Assembly: GCA_021730945.1 (NCBI GenBank)
Contig: JAKFYH010000016.1
Span: 66,533 to 130,532, forward strand
Length of the DNA stretch: 64,000 nucleotides
Reading direction: 5' to 3'
Source of the DNA: Acidobacteriota bacterium
Lineage (GTDB): Bacteria > Acidobacteriota > Vicinamibacteria > Vicinamibacterales > UBA2999
Part shown: positions 20,809 to 29,739 of the stretch, piece by piece
Layout of the letters: every line of letters starts with the position of its first letter
Numbering within the stretch: the first letter of the stretch is position 1
The notes under the pieces: generated by a model
Database searches by the model: none
Told to the model about the DNA's origin: nothing
What the model saw: only the letters and a program-made list of their open reading frames with translations
Program-made: the position numbers and the translations under genes

Positions 20809-21309
20809 ATGATCACAGTGGTAGTCAACGATCGGATGCAGCGCGGTTATACCTACAGCCGCACCGAACCGATTGGCCGCAACTTCGATCCTTTGTTTAA
20901 GCCCGAGCTCACGCCGGCGCAGATGCTCCGGCTTGGCGTGTTTGGCGGCAAGTACATGACCGACTGCCGGGATGAGTTCCCGGCCCGCTGGTTCGCCGGA
21001 GCGAAGCTGTGCGCCCATCAGCACGACGCGCGCCTGAACTTCTTTGGCGTGAACGCATCACAGTCGCTCGCCACCTGGCGCCGCAATGGCTGGATCAACT
21101 CGCACGATCCGCGCGGCTGGTTCCAGTGGTACTGCCGGTACTACATGGGGCGGCGCGGCCGTGACGATGCCCGGCAGATCAAGCGCTGGCGCGCGATTGC
21201 CCGGCATGCCGCGGCGGTTCGCAAGAACTGCGAACCGGGCGACCTCGACTGCCGGCGGCGGCAGCGGCAAGCGCTGCTGCACTGGGCGTACGATAGTCGC
21301 AAGCTGTGA
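20809..21309 (+). CDS. Conserved hypothetical Trp/Arg-rich protein
   Basis: GGAGG RBS; PELTPAQML-GVFGGKY, DPRGWFQWYCRYYMGRR, RQIKRW, RQALLHWAYD. Confidence 0.8.
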   Translation: MITVVVNDRMQRGYTYSRTEPIGRNFDPLFKPELTPAQMLRLGVFGGKYMTDCRDEFPARWFAGAKLCAHQHDARLNFFGVNASQSLATWRRNGWINSHDPRGWFQWYCRYYMGRRGRDDARQIKRWRAIARHAAAVRKNCEPGDLDCRRRQRQALLHWAYDSRKL

Positions 21310-21319
21310 GGACATTCAG

Positions 21320-21733
21320 ATGCCAATGACCGTAATCGCCGGAACCTATGCGCTGATGACCGCGGTCTTCTTCGCCATCGACCTGGTGTGGCTTGGGATC
21401 GTTGCCCGGCCGTTCTATCAGACGCATCTCGGTCCCTTGCTGCGACCCGACGTACGGTGGGGACCGGCCATCTTGTTTTACCTGCTGTTCATTACCGGGA
21501 TCCTGGTGTTTGCCGTATTGCCGGCGGTCGAACGGGCATCGCTGTGGCGGGCCGTGGCGCTCGGGGCTTTCTTCGGCTTTGTGGCCTACGCCACTTACGA
21601 TCTGACCAGCCTCGCGCTGGTAAAAGGGTTCCCCGACATCGTCGCGGTCGTGGACATGGCGTGGGGTACGGTGCTAACGGCCACGGTCGCGGCTGCGGGC
21701 TACGCCGCCGCGCGGTGGCTCTCGGGGCACTGA
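21320..21733 (+). CDS. DUF2177-family membrane protein
   Basis: IDLVWLG, YATYDLT, DMAWG; 4 TM segments. Confidence 0.88.
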   Translation: MPMTVIAGTYALMTAVFFAIDLVWLGIVARPFYQTHLGPLLRPDVRWGPAILFYLLFITGILVFAVLPAVERASLWRAVALGAFFGFVAYATYDLTSLALVKGFPDIVAVVDMAWGTVLTATVAAAGYAAARWLSGH

Positions 21734-21770
21734 AGCGTCCGCGACTGCGCGTCGCGCGCATTTCCGCCGC

Positions 21771-22238
21771 TTACGTTTTTTGGAACGCCCGCAGCGTGAC
21801 GGCGTGGCGGTAGGCGAACAGACGCCTCAGCTTTCGTTGCATGATCGGCCCGCCAAGCAGCGCGCCGATTGATCCAAACGGCAGTTCATAGCGAATCGTG
21901 TCGTCCAGCACACACGCGTCCGGGCCTTCCGGAATCATCCGGTGCACGTGCGTCCAGGAGCGGAACGGGCCGGCGATCTGCTGATCGCTGAAGGAGCGGC
22001 CGTACTGGTAGTCGGCGTGCCGCAAGTCCCAGCGCACCGCAAACGGGCCGGGTCCGATGCGAAGCGACACCAGGGCGCCGTCGCGAATCCCGCCTTCGTG
22101 CCGGATCACGCGCACGCGCTCCCACGGGGGTGTCAGCTGCTCGAAGGCCCCTGGGGCCTCGTGCCAGTCGAACACCGCTTCGGCGGACGCGGGGATCACG
22201 CTGCGCGCAACGAAGGTGATACCGCGTGGTCCTGTCAT
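21771..22238 (-). CDS. SRPBCC family protein
   Basis: VFDWHE-PGAFEQLTPPW, DQQIAGPFRSWTHVH, FAYRH. Confidence 0.88.
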   Translation of the reverse strand: MTGPRGITFVARSVIPASAEAVFDWHEAPGAFEQLTPPWERVRVIRHEGGIRDGALVSLRIGPGPFAVRWDLRHADYQYGRSFSDQQIAGPFRSWTHVHRMIPEGPDACVLDDTIRYELPFGSIGALLGGPIMQRKLRRLFAYRHAVTLRAFQKT

Positions 22239-22239
22239 C

Positions 22240-22803
22240 TCATGGCACCGAGCGATAGCGCGGAACGCCGGCTTCCGGCGCCTCCAGGCGGACGACGAGG
22301 GCGAAGACCGCGAGGGCCACGGCCCAGCCGACCGAGAGCCGGACCAGCCCGAGTGCGAGCGGCGGCAGCAGCGTAACCGCGCCGAGGCCTTCGCCCGCGA
22401 GAAACGCGATTGGGCCTCCAATGGCCCCAAACAGTGCCGCGCGCATCGGTCGCGCCATCACCGGGCGCAAACTAAAGCGAAAGGTCGTCGCCAATTGTGC
22501 CCACATCGCCACCAGCCATAGCGGAGGAAACCAGGCGGCCACCGTGCCCGACGTGAAGCGATAGGTGCCAGACTCGAGCTGTACCATCTCGAGGACCACG
22601 CCGGCCAGAACAGCCAGGCCCATGAGGCGCGCCTCCAACCAACGTTCGTTGGTCAGCGCCAGGTGTACGCCGAACAGGGCGACGGCGACCACGACCCCCG
22701 TCCCGGGGCGATTCCAGGCACCGCCGAGCACGCAGGCGAACCATCCAACCTGATAGAGCGCGTAGTTGATCAGAAGAGTGTTTCGCACACGATCACTGGG
22801 CAC
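22240..22803 (-). CDS. DUF2878-family membrane protein
   Basis: NYALYQVGWFACVLG, PPLWLVAMW, GAIGGP. Confidence 0.85.
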   Translation of the reverse strand: MPSDRVRNTLLINYALYQVGWFACVLGGAWNRPGTGVVVAVALFGVHLALTNERWLEARLMGLAVLAGVVLEMVQLESGTYRFTSGTVAAWFPPLWLVAMWAQLATTFRFSLRPVMARPMRAALFGAIGGPIAFLAGEGLGAVTLLPPLALGLVRLSVGWAVALAVFALVVRLEAPEAGVPRYRSVP

Positions 22804-24262
22804 GCCGGGCGATCGCGCGCAGCATCCCCCTGAAAATCACCGCGTGAACGGGGAGCAAGGCATACCAGTACAGCAAGCCAAACAGCCCGACTGGTTCGAA
22901 CACCGCGGTCTGATGGACGGAGGCGCCGCCACCCGCCGCCGGTGCCACCTCGAACTCGAGCCACGCGCGTCCCGGCAACTTCATTTCCGCGGCCAGCCGC
23001 AATCGTCGACCCGGCTCGTACTTCTCAACCCGCCAGAAGTCGAGAGCGTCGCCAATGGCGGGGGTGTCCGGGTCGCGGCGTCCCCGGCGCATTCCGACGC
23101 CGCCCACCAGCAAGTCGATGGCGCCCCTGATCCGCCACAGCCAGGTGCCGAAGTACCAGCCCCGTTGGCCGCCGATTCTCGCAATCGGCGCAAAGGCGCG
23201 ATCGGCGTCGACACCTACATGCATCTGCCGGGCGTCGACCAGGCGGTTGCCGAACTTCGCTTCAAGGAAGGCGGTCGGCGCGCCGCCCGACGAGCGGGCA
23301 TCGGACCACCGCGTCTGGGCGAAGGCGCGGTTTTCATAGCGGATGGCGCGATCGATGGCTTCACTAAGGCCCACCGGCCTGATGGGGAACACCGAGAGCG
23401 CTGCAGGATCGGTGACCACCGACCGGTTCTTCAACCCGGCGATCAGTTCCCGTCCCACCCGGGCGTAGATCGGTGTCACCAGCCCAAGCCAGAGGCTCGA
23501 CAAGCGAGGAGTCAGCAGCGGAACGGAAATCATGGCGCGACCGAGCCCGCGCTGCCGCGCGTACTCGCGCATGAGGTCGCCGTAGCTGGCCTGATCGGCG
23601 CCGCCGATCTCGAACGTGCGGCTCCCGTGGTCCGGCAGATGGAGGCCGGCCACCAGGTAGGCGAGCAAGTCGTCGATCCCGATTGGCTGCGCCAGGGTGG
23701 ACACCCACGTCGGGCAGATCATGATGGGCAGGCGCTCCACCAGCGCGCGAATCAGCTCGAACGAGAGGCTGCCCGATCCGACCACGACCGAGGCCCGGAA
23801 TTCCACCACCGCCACCCCGCCCTCGCGCAGCGCCTCGCCGGTTTCGATGCGGCTCTTCAAGTGCTTGCTGAGCGCCCCTTCTTCTTCCGCGAGGCCGCCG
23901 AGGTAGATGATGCGCCCCACTCCCGCCTGTCGCGCGGCTTGCCCAAAGTTGCGGGCGGCAATACGGTCGGTCTCCAGGTAGTCGCCGTGCGCCCCCATGG
24001 AATGCACGAGGTAATAGGCCACGTCGATGCCGTCGAGCGCGCGATCGAGTGACTCGCGATCGAGGACGTCGCCCGCAACCACTTCGGTCGCTGGTGACAC
24101 CCGCGACACCAGCGCGGCCGGCCGCCGCGCGAGGCACCGGAGGCGAACCCCCGCGGCCTCGAGCACCGGGACCAGCCGTCCACCGATGTATCCGGTCGCG
24201 CCCGTGACCAGGACGGCCGGCCGCCCATCAGTCGAGGGCCCCTGGGGGACGAGGCTGGTCAC
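22793..24262 (-). CDS. Atypical SDR/NAD(P)-binding oxidoreductase with DUF2867 C-terminus (YbjT-like)
   Basis: VLVTGATGYIGG, YYLVHSM, GSGSLSFE, DFWRVE, AEMKLPG; GTGA overlap with the TonB gene stop. Confidence 0.9.
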   Translation of the reverse strand: MTSLVPQGPSTDGRPAVLVTGATGYIGGRLVPVLEAAGVRLRCLARRPAALVSRVSPATEVVAGDVLDRESLDRALDGIDVAYYLVHSMGAHGDYLETDRIAARNFGQAARQAGVGRIIYLGGLAEEEGALSKHLKSRIETGEALREGGVAVVEFRASVVVGSGSLSFELIRALVERLPIMICPTWVSTLAQPIGIDDLLAYLVAGLHLPDHGSRTFEIGGADQASYGDLMREYARQRGLGRAMISVPLLTPRLSSLWLGLVTPIYARVGRELIAGLKNRSVVTDPAALSVFPIRPVGLSEAIDRAIRYENRAFAQTRWSDARSSGGAPTAFLEAKFGNRLVDARQMHVGVDADRAFAPIARIGGQRGWYFGTWLWRIRGAIDLLVGGVGMRRGRRDPDTPAIGDALDFWRVEKYEPGRRLRLAAEMKLPGRAWLEFEVAPAAGGGASVHQTAVFEPVGLFGLLYWYALLPVHAVIFRGMLRAIARRAQ

Positions 24263-26646
24263 CGGAACCGCCAGTCGAAGCCGATGATCGGAAACAGCCC
24301 CTGCTGCTCGCCGAACTGCTCGGTGTTGGAGCGCCGGTTCCAGCGGTAGCCGGCGAAGTTGCGGCGGTTGGTGACGTTCTGAACGCCAAGGAAGAGGTTC
24401 AGCGGCTGCCCGCCCACGGTGAACGTGCGGTCGATGCGAAGGTCGATGCGGCCGTAATCGGGCGCGCGCTCGGCGTTGACGCGCGACAGATCGTAGACGC
24501 CACGACGCTGGGCCGTGGACACCGCGCTGTCGTAGGGTGTGAACGGCCGGCCCGAAAGAAACGACACCCGGGCGGACAGTTCCCATGCCGATGACAGTCG
24601 ATAGCCACCCAACAGGTTGAACACGATCGGATAGTCGAACGAGCCCGGCCTCAGAACGCCGTCGAGCCCCGCATGGCGGGTGCGCGAGAACGACAGGTTG
24701 CCCTGGCCGTAAAGCCCCGACCTGAGGCGCTGTTCCACAAAGAACTCTATGCCCTCGGCATGACCTGTACCGGCGCTGGTCAGAGGGAACAGAATCTCGC
24801 GGACGTCAAAGGTGTCTCCGATGTTGGCCAGTGACACGGTGGGGAGTCCACTCGCGACCGGGTAGTCATTGTAGTTCTTGCGGTACGCTTCGGCGGTCAC
24901 GCGCCGATCGGCACTCGGAGACCACGCCAGGCCCGTCACATAGTGGTCGGCACGCCACGGCTTGAGGGCCGCGTTCTGCGGGAACGCCGACACGAACAGG
25001 AACGCCGGCTGCTGGTAGTACGAGCCCGTGCTCGCGCTCCACGACAGGGAGTCGGTGAGGCGCACGGTGATCCCGGCGCGCGGACTGACGCGGGTCTTCG
25101 ACAAGGCGGCGTAGTGATCGACACGGCCGCCGAGGGTCACGCCGATTCGAGGGGCCACCTGCTTGGAGGCCTGCAGATAGGCGCCGGTCTGATACGATCG
25201 GAAGGTCGTGTCCAGCGAGAACGGGTCGACGCCTGGCTGTGGCGAGAACGGCGTGTCGTTGCCCAGGGGCGACCGCACCGCGTAGTCGATCCGAAACGTC
25301 TTGAAGCTGGCACCGGCCTGCACCGTATCGAAGTGCGGCACTCGTAAGGTGAGGTCGTACTTGATGGTGGTCTCGCCTTCGCGAGAATCCTCGAAGTAGA
25401 CGATGGGGCTGCGGGCAATGAGGTCGCCGGGCGCCACATCCGCAGCCGGGACGCCTTGCGCGACCAGGTCTTTCACCTGCTGCCCGACCTTTGCCTCCGA
25501 GTGCGTGACGCCAAGCAGGCCAACGCCGCGTGACCCGAAGAGGCGCTGCCAGTTGACACCCGTGGCGCTGCGCCAGCCGTTGTAGCGGATGTCGAAGTTC
25601 GCCAGTTCCTCTTCGAGGTCAGTGGCGTCGCCGAGACCGAGCCGAATTTCGTCGACACCTGCGATATTGACCACCCAGATGCGGTCTCGAGGTGTCAGGT
25701 CGTACACGGCCTTGGCATTGAGCGCATAGACGACCGGCACACCACCAAACCCCACGTCGTTGGTGAACAAGTCGAGGAAACTGCGGCGCGCCGACACCAC
25801 CCATGACCCCTTGCCCGCGTTGATGGGGCCTTCGAGAATGGCGCCCGCACCGGCGAAGCCGAGCGTGGCCCAACCGCCAAACTTTTCGCGACTGCCTTCG
25901 CGCTGGGTCACCTGCAACACGCTCGACGTCCGGTTGATGTAGGGCGCCGGGTATCCGCCGCTCAGGAACGTGACTTCCTGCAGGAGCTCGGCGTCGAGCA
26001 GGCTGACCGTGCCGCCGGCCGAGGCAAAGTTCGCGAAGGCGTTGATGTTCGGGATCTCGACGTTGTCGACGATGAACAGGTTCTCGAGGGGACTGCCGCC
26101 ACGGACAATGATGTCGTTGCGGAAATCGTCGGTGCCGATCACCACGCCCGGCAGGCCCTGGACGTAGCGCGACACGTCCTGCAGAGCGGCGGCGCTCTTG
26201 AGAATCTCGCGCGGCTCCACCAGGAAGCCCGAGTTCTTCACCTCCTGGGGCACCCGGAAGGCGGGTGCCGTCACGGTGACGGTTTGTTCGAACGTCTCGA
26301 TTGACGGCAGCTGCACCTGCACGGAGCCGTCCATGCCGGCCCGCACGTCAACCGGGTCGGTGGTGAACGGCAGGCCCTCGAGCGGCAGGATTTCCAGGCG
26401 ATAGGCGCCAGCCCGCAGGTCGCCAATGCGAAACGCGCCTTGCGCGCCGCTGGTGGCGCACGAAGGGGTGTCGAGCGCGCACACGCGCACGTTTTCGACC
26501 GGCTGCCCGGCCGCGTTCACTACCACGCCGCTGATCGCTCCGGCGCCGGTGGTGTCCTGCGCCGCCACCGGCGTGGCCGCCAACGCAGTGGCGGCTGCGA
26601 CGGCGAGAATCAGGCAGAGGCGAAGAAGCAAGTTCATTGGTGTCAT
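24259..26646 (-). CDS. TonB-dependent outer-membrane receptor
   Basis: Signal peptide, N-terminal extension, IIVRGGSPLEN plug, beta-barrel, C-terminal FDWRF; ATGA overlap with the MerR stop. Confidence 0.93.
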   Translation of the reverse strand: MTPMNLLLRLCLILAVAAATALAATPVAAQDTTGAGAISGVVVNAAGQPVENVRVCALDTPSCATSGAQGAFRIGDLRAGAYRLEILPLEGLPFTTDPVDVRAGMDGSVQVQLPSIETFEQTVTVTAPAFRVPQEVKNSGFLVEPREILKSAAALQDVSRYVQGLPGVVIGTDDFRNDIIVRGGSPLENLFIVDNVEIPNINAFANFASAGGTVSLLDAELLQEVTFLSGGYPAPYINRTSSVLQVTQREGSREKFGGWATLGFAGAGAILEGPINAGKGSWVVSARRSFLDLFTNDVGFGGVPVVYALNAKAVYDLTPRDRIWVVNIAGVDEIRLGLGDATDLEEELANFDIRYNGWRSATGVNWQRLFGSRGVGLLGVTHSEAKVGQQVKDLVAQGVPAADVAPGDLIARSPIVYFEDSREGETTIKYDLTLRVPHFDTVQAGASFKTFRIDYAVRSPLGNDTPFSPQPGVDPFSLDTTFRSYQTGAYLQASKQVAPRIGVTLGGRVDHYAALSKTRVSPRAGITVRLTDSLSWSASTGSYYQQPAFLFVSAFPQNAALKPWRADHYVTGLAWSPSADRRVTAEAYRKNYNDYPVASGLPTVSLANIGDTFDVREILFPLTSAGTGHAEGIEFFVEQRLRSGLYGQGNLSFSRTRHAGLDGVLRPGSFDYPIVFNLLGGYRLSSAWELSARVSFLSGRPFTPYDSAVSTAQRRGVYDLSRVNAERAPDYGRIDLRIDRTFTVGGQPLNLFLGVQNVTNRRNFAGYRWNRRSNTEQFGEQQGLFPIIGFDWRFR

Positions 26647-27566
26647 CCCATTCGTCCGCCGAGGCGGACCAGTTCCTTCTGGTAGGCAACATAATCGGCA
26701 AAGACCAGGCCGCGCGCGCCCAACGCGGCCGCGTGCCGCTCGGCGCCGCGGCCGCCGGCCCATACCTCGATGTCCGCCGGGAGTCCGCGCGCCAGGGCGC
26801 GCAGTTCGCGTTCGATCGACTTGCCCTCTGGCGCCGTCGTCAACCCGAGCACGACCACCCGCGCGCCGGTGGCCTTGGCCGCGGCCACGATCTCGCCGGC
26901 CGGCAGGTCCGGGCCGAGATAGGCGACGCCCAGGCCGCTGCTGGCCGCCAGCATCGCCGCGCCCAGGATGCCAATCTCGTGGCGGTCGCCAGCGGGCGTG
27001 GCAAACATCAGCCGGGTCGTTCCCTCCCCGCGCGAGTGCAAGCGGAGAAATGAGCCGAGGACGTGCCGGATCGATGACGACAGTAAATGTTCGTGCGCCA
27101 CTCCGGCGCGTCGGCGGTGCCAGTCCTCGCCCACCCGGACGAGCGCCGGCATCAGCAGGTTCTGGAGGAGATCGAGGGGACTAAGCAGCGAGGCCAGGCG
27201 CGCGACCTCCTGGTCGATTGCCGCCGCGTCGTATCGGCGCACCGCGGCGTCCAGTACGGTCGCATCCGCCGCTGTCGCCGGTGCCGGGGGCGGGGCGGAC
27301 GCGGCCGGCGCCGCCAGCGGGCGCAACTGCCGGTCGCTCAGTCCGGCCAGGCGGCCGATGCTGTGCCCCTGCTCGACCGCATCGCGCAACAGCCGCAGCC
27401 TCGCCACGTCCGCGTCCGTGTACATGCGTCCGCGGTCGTCGCGCGCCGGCGTGACGACGCCGTGGCGGCGTTCCCATGCCCGCAGCGTGTCGATGGCGAT
27501 GCCGGTCTGTTTCGAGACGGCACGGATCGGATAGCGCGCGGCGGCGTCGCGAGCGGTCTTTACCAT
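26643..27566 (-). CDS. CarH/LitR-like MerR regulator with cobalamin-binding domain
   Basis: TLRAWERRH HTH; W-x9-EH (WHRRRAGVAHEH); DRHEIG, YLGPDLP, WAGG. Confidence 0.9.
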   Translation of the reverse strand: MVKTARDAAARYPIRAVSKQTGIAIDTLRAWERRHGVVTPARDDRGRMYTDADVARLRLLRDAVEQGHSIGRLAGLSDRQLRPLAAPAASAPPPAPATAADATVLDAAVRRYDAAAIDQEVARLASLLSPLDLLQNLLMPALVRVGEDWHRRRAGVAHEHLLSSSIRHVLGSFLRLHSRGEGTTRLMFATPAGDRHEIGILGAAMLAASSGLGVAYLGPDLPAGEIVAAAKATGARVVVLGLTTAPEGKSIERELRALARGLPADIEVWAGGRGAERHAAALGARGLVFADYVAYQKELVRLGGRMG

Positions 27567-27594
27567 CCCGGATCCTCGATTCTCATGTTCTCCA

Positions 27595-27674
27595 AGGGTA
27601 GTGGGTGCTGTTCCTGGTGTCAAGTGTTTGTCATGGACAAATCATTGACACATTGGGCGGGGTACTGCTACTTT
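27595..27674. promoter_or_regulatory. Divergent sigma70-type promoters overlapped by a CarH-type operator
   Basis: GTGTCAA-GTG-TTTGTC-ATG-GACAAA-TCA-TTGACAC (27617-27651). Plus strand: TTGACA 27645 and TG-C-TACTTT 27666-74. Minus strand: TTGACA 27623-18, 17 bp, TACCCT 27600-595. Confidence 0.8.
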
Positions 27675-27683
27675 CGATCCGAG

Positions 27684-28934
27684 ATGAGGACAGTTGCGGT
27701 CATTGGCGCGGGGATCTCCGGTCTGGCGGCCGCCTATTTGTTGAGCCGCCGGCACCGGGTCGACCTGTTCGAGCAGGACGGGCGTCTTGGCGGCCACACC
27801 AACACAGTGCTGGTGCCCGGCCCGGACGGGTCAGTGCCGCTCGATACCGGTTTCCTGGTGCACAACGACCGCACCTATCCCAACCTGGTGCGGCTGTTCG
27901 CCGAGCTCGGCGTGACGACGCGGGACTCGGACATGTCGTTTGCGGTGTCCGATCGCCAGAGTGGCCTTGAGTACAGCAGCCGCGGCGCCAACGGGTTCTT
28001 CGCCCAGCGGCGCAACCTGGTGAACCCGGCGCATCTGCTTCTGCTCAGGGAGATCGTTCGCTTCAATCGCGAGGCGCTGGTGCTGCTCGACCAGCCGGAC
28101 GCCGAGCGGCACACGCTGGGAGACTTTCTCGAGCTGCGGCGCTTCGGCCAATCGTTCACGCGCCGCTACCTGTATCCCATGGCGTCGGCCATCTGGTCGT
28201 CGTCGCTCGATGCGGTCAGCGCGTTTCCCGCGGTGACCCTGGCGCGGTTCTTCCACAACCACGGCCTGCTGTCGCTCACGGCGCAGCCCACCTGGAAGGT
28301 AGTCGAGGGCGGCAGCCACACCTACATCCCCAAACTGGCCGCCCCGTTCGCCGATCGCATCCACACGGGCGCGAATATCCAGCACGTGCGCCGCGGGGAG
28401 CACCAAGTGACGCTGACCTTCCGCGACCGCCCCTCGCAGGACTTTGACGACGTCGTGTTCGCCTGCCACGGCGATCAGGTCCTGCCGCTGCTCGCCGACC
28501 CGAGCGATGACGAGCGCGCGATCTTCTCGCACTTCACCACCACGACCAACGTCGCCTGTCTCCATTCCGACGCCTCCGTGCTCCCGCGCCTGCCAGGCGC
28601 GCGCGCCTCCTGGAACTACTTGCTGGCTGCCGACGGCGGGGCGCCGCCGGTTGTGACCTACGACCTGAATCGACTGCAGGGGCTTTCGGGCGCCGAGCAG
28701 TACTGCGTCACCCTCAACCCGGACGGCACCGTCGACGAGCGGCTCGTGCTGGGCCGCTTTGTTTATCGTCACCCGCTGTTCACGCGCGCGGCGCTCGCGG
28801 CGCAACAGCAATGGAGCGTGGTCAGCGGCCGCCCGCGCACGCACTACTGCGGCGCCTACTGGTTCTACGGGTTTCACGAGGACGGGTTGAACTCCGCCAT
28901 TCGAGTGGCGGCCGCACTGGGAGTCGAGTGGTGA
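27684..28934 (+). CDS. FAD-dependent oxidoreductase, UfaD-like fatty-acyl desaturase
   Basis: GAGISG, RLGGHTNT, DTGFLVHNDRTYP, ASWNY, YGFHEDG. Confidence 0.9.
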   Translation: MRTVAVIGAGISGLAAAYLLSRRHRVDLFEQDGRLGGHTNTVLVPGPDGSVPLDTGFLVHNDRTYPNLVRLFAELGVTTRDSDMSFAVSDRQSGLEYSSRGANGFFAQRRNLVNPAHLLLLREIVRFNREALVLLDQPDAERHTLGDFLELRRFGQSFTRRYLYPMASAIWSSSLDAVSAFPAVTLARFFHNHGLLSLTAQPTWKVVEGGSHTYIPKLAAPFADRIHTGANIQHVRRGEHQVTLTFRDRPSQDFDDVVFACHGDQVLPLLADPSDDERAIFSHFTTTTNVACLHSDASVLPRLPGARASWNYLLAADGGAPPVVTYDLNRLQGLSGAEQYCVTLNPDGTVDERLVLGRFVYRHPLFTRAALAAQQQWSVVSGRPRTHYCGAYWFYGFHEDGLNSAIRVAAALGVEW

Positions 28935-29737
28935 TCTCCTCCGGGTTGTTCGTCGGCACGCTGCGGCATCGCCGGTTCTCGCCGGTCCGGCACGCGTTCA
29001 CCTATCCGATCTTCATGGCGCTGCTGGACATCGATCGGCTGCCACAGTTGATGCAGGTGTCGCGGCTCACGAGCTACGACCGGTGGAACTGGGCCAGCTT
29101 TCACAACCCCGACCACCTGGGCGACCCGTCGCGCCCCCTGAGGGAACGGCTGGCAGCCGACGCCGCCAGTCACGGCGTCGACCTGCCGAACGGCCCGATC
29201 TTTCTGCTGACCCACCTGCGCTATCTCGGCTACGGGTTCAATCCCGTGTCGTTCTTCTATTGCCTCGACGCCGCCGGCGACGTGCGGATCGTGATGGCCG
29301 AGGTCAGCAACACCTTCGGCGGCACCCATAACTACTGGCTGCGGCCCGACCCGTCAGCGCGCACGTTCCGGTCGGCCGCCGCCAAGTCCTTGTACGTGTC
29401 CCCGTTTCTTCCCGTCGACCTCGACTACAACTTCGCACTCTCGGCGCCGGACGATCGGCTGGTGGCGCACATGGATGCGCGCCGAGACGGCGCCGTATGC
29501 CTCGACGCGACCCTGTCGCTTGAACGGCGGCCGTGGAGCGCCCGTGAGATTCGCCGCGCGCTCATCCGGCACCCGGCGATGACGGCCGGCGTTGTGGCGG
29601 GGATTCATTGGCAGGCGTTAAGACTCTGGTGGAAGGGCGTTCCCCTCGTCGCGCGCGCCACTCGCCACGGCGTCGGGGAACGCGCGGCGCAAGGCCGCCG
29701 CGACCAACCATTGGGCGAATCACTAAAGGAGTTCTGA
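28928..29737 (+). CDS. DUF1365 protein, UfaO-like
   Basis: HRRF-P-HAFTY, FNPVSFFYC, AEVSNTFG, YVSPF, IHWQALRLWWKG. Confidence 0.9.
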   Translation: MVISSGLFVGTLRHRRFSPVRHAFTYPIFMALLDIDRLPQLMQVSRLTSYDRWNWASFHNPDHLGDPSRPLRERLAADAASHGVDLPNGPIFLLTHLRYLGYGFNPVSFFYCLDAAGDVRIVMAEVSNTFGGTHNYWLRPDPSARTFRSAAAKSLYVSPFLPVDLDYNFALSAPDDRLVAHMDARRDGAVCLDATLSLERRPWSAREIRRALIRHPAMTAGVVAGIHWQALRLWWKGVPLVARATRHGVGERAAQGRRDQPLGESLKEF

Positions 29738-29739
29738 GC

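Noticed and set aside
26646-27684. Cobalamin riboswitch upstream of the TonB receptor
   Set aside because: No intergenic space and no B12-box seen
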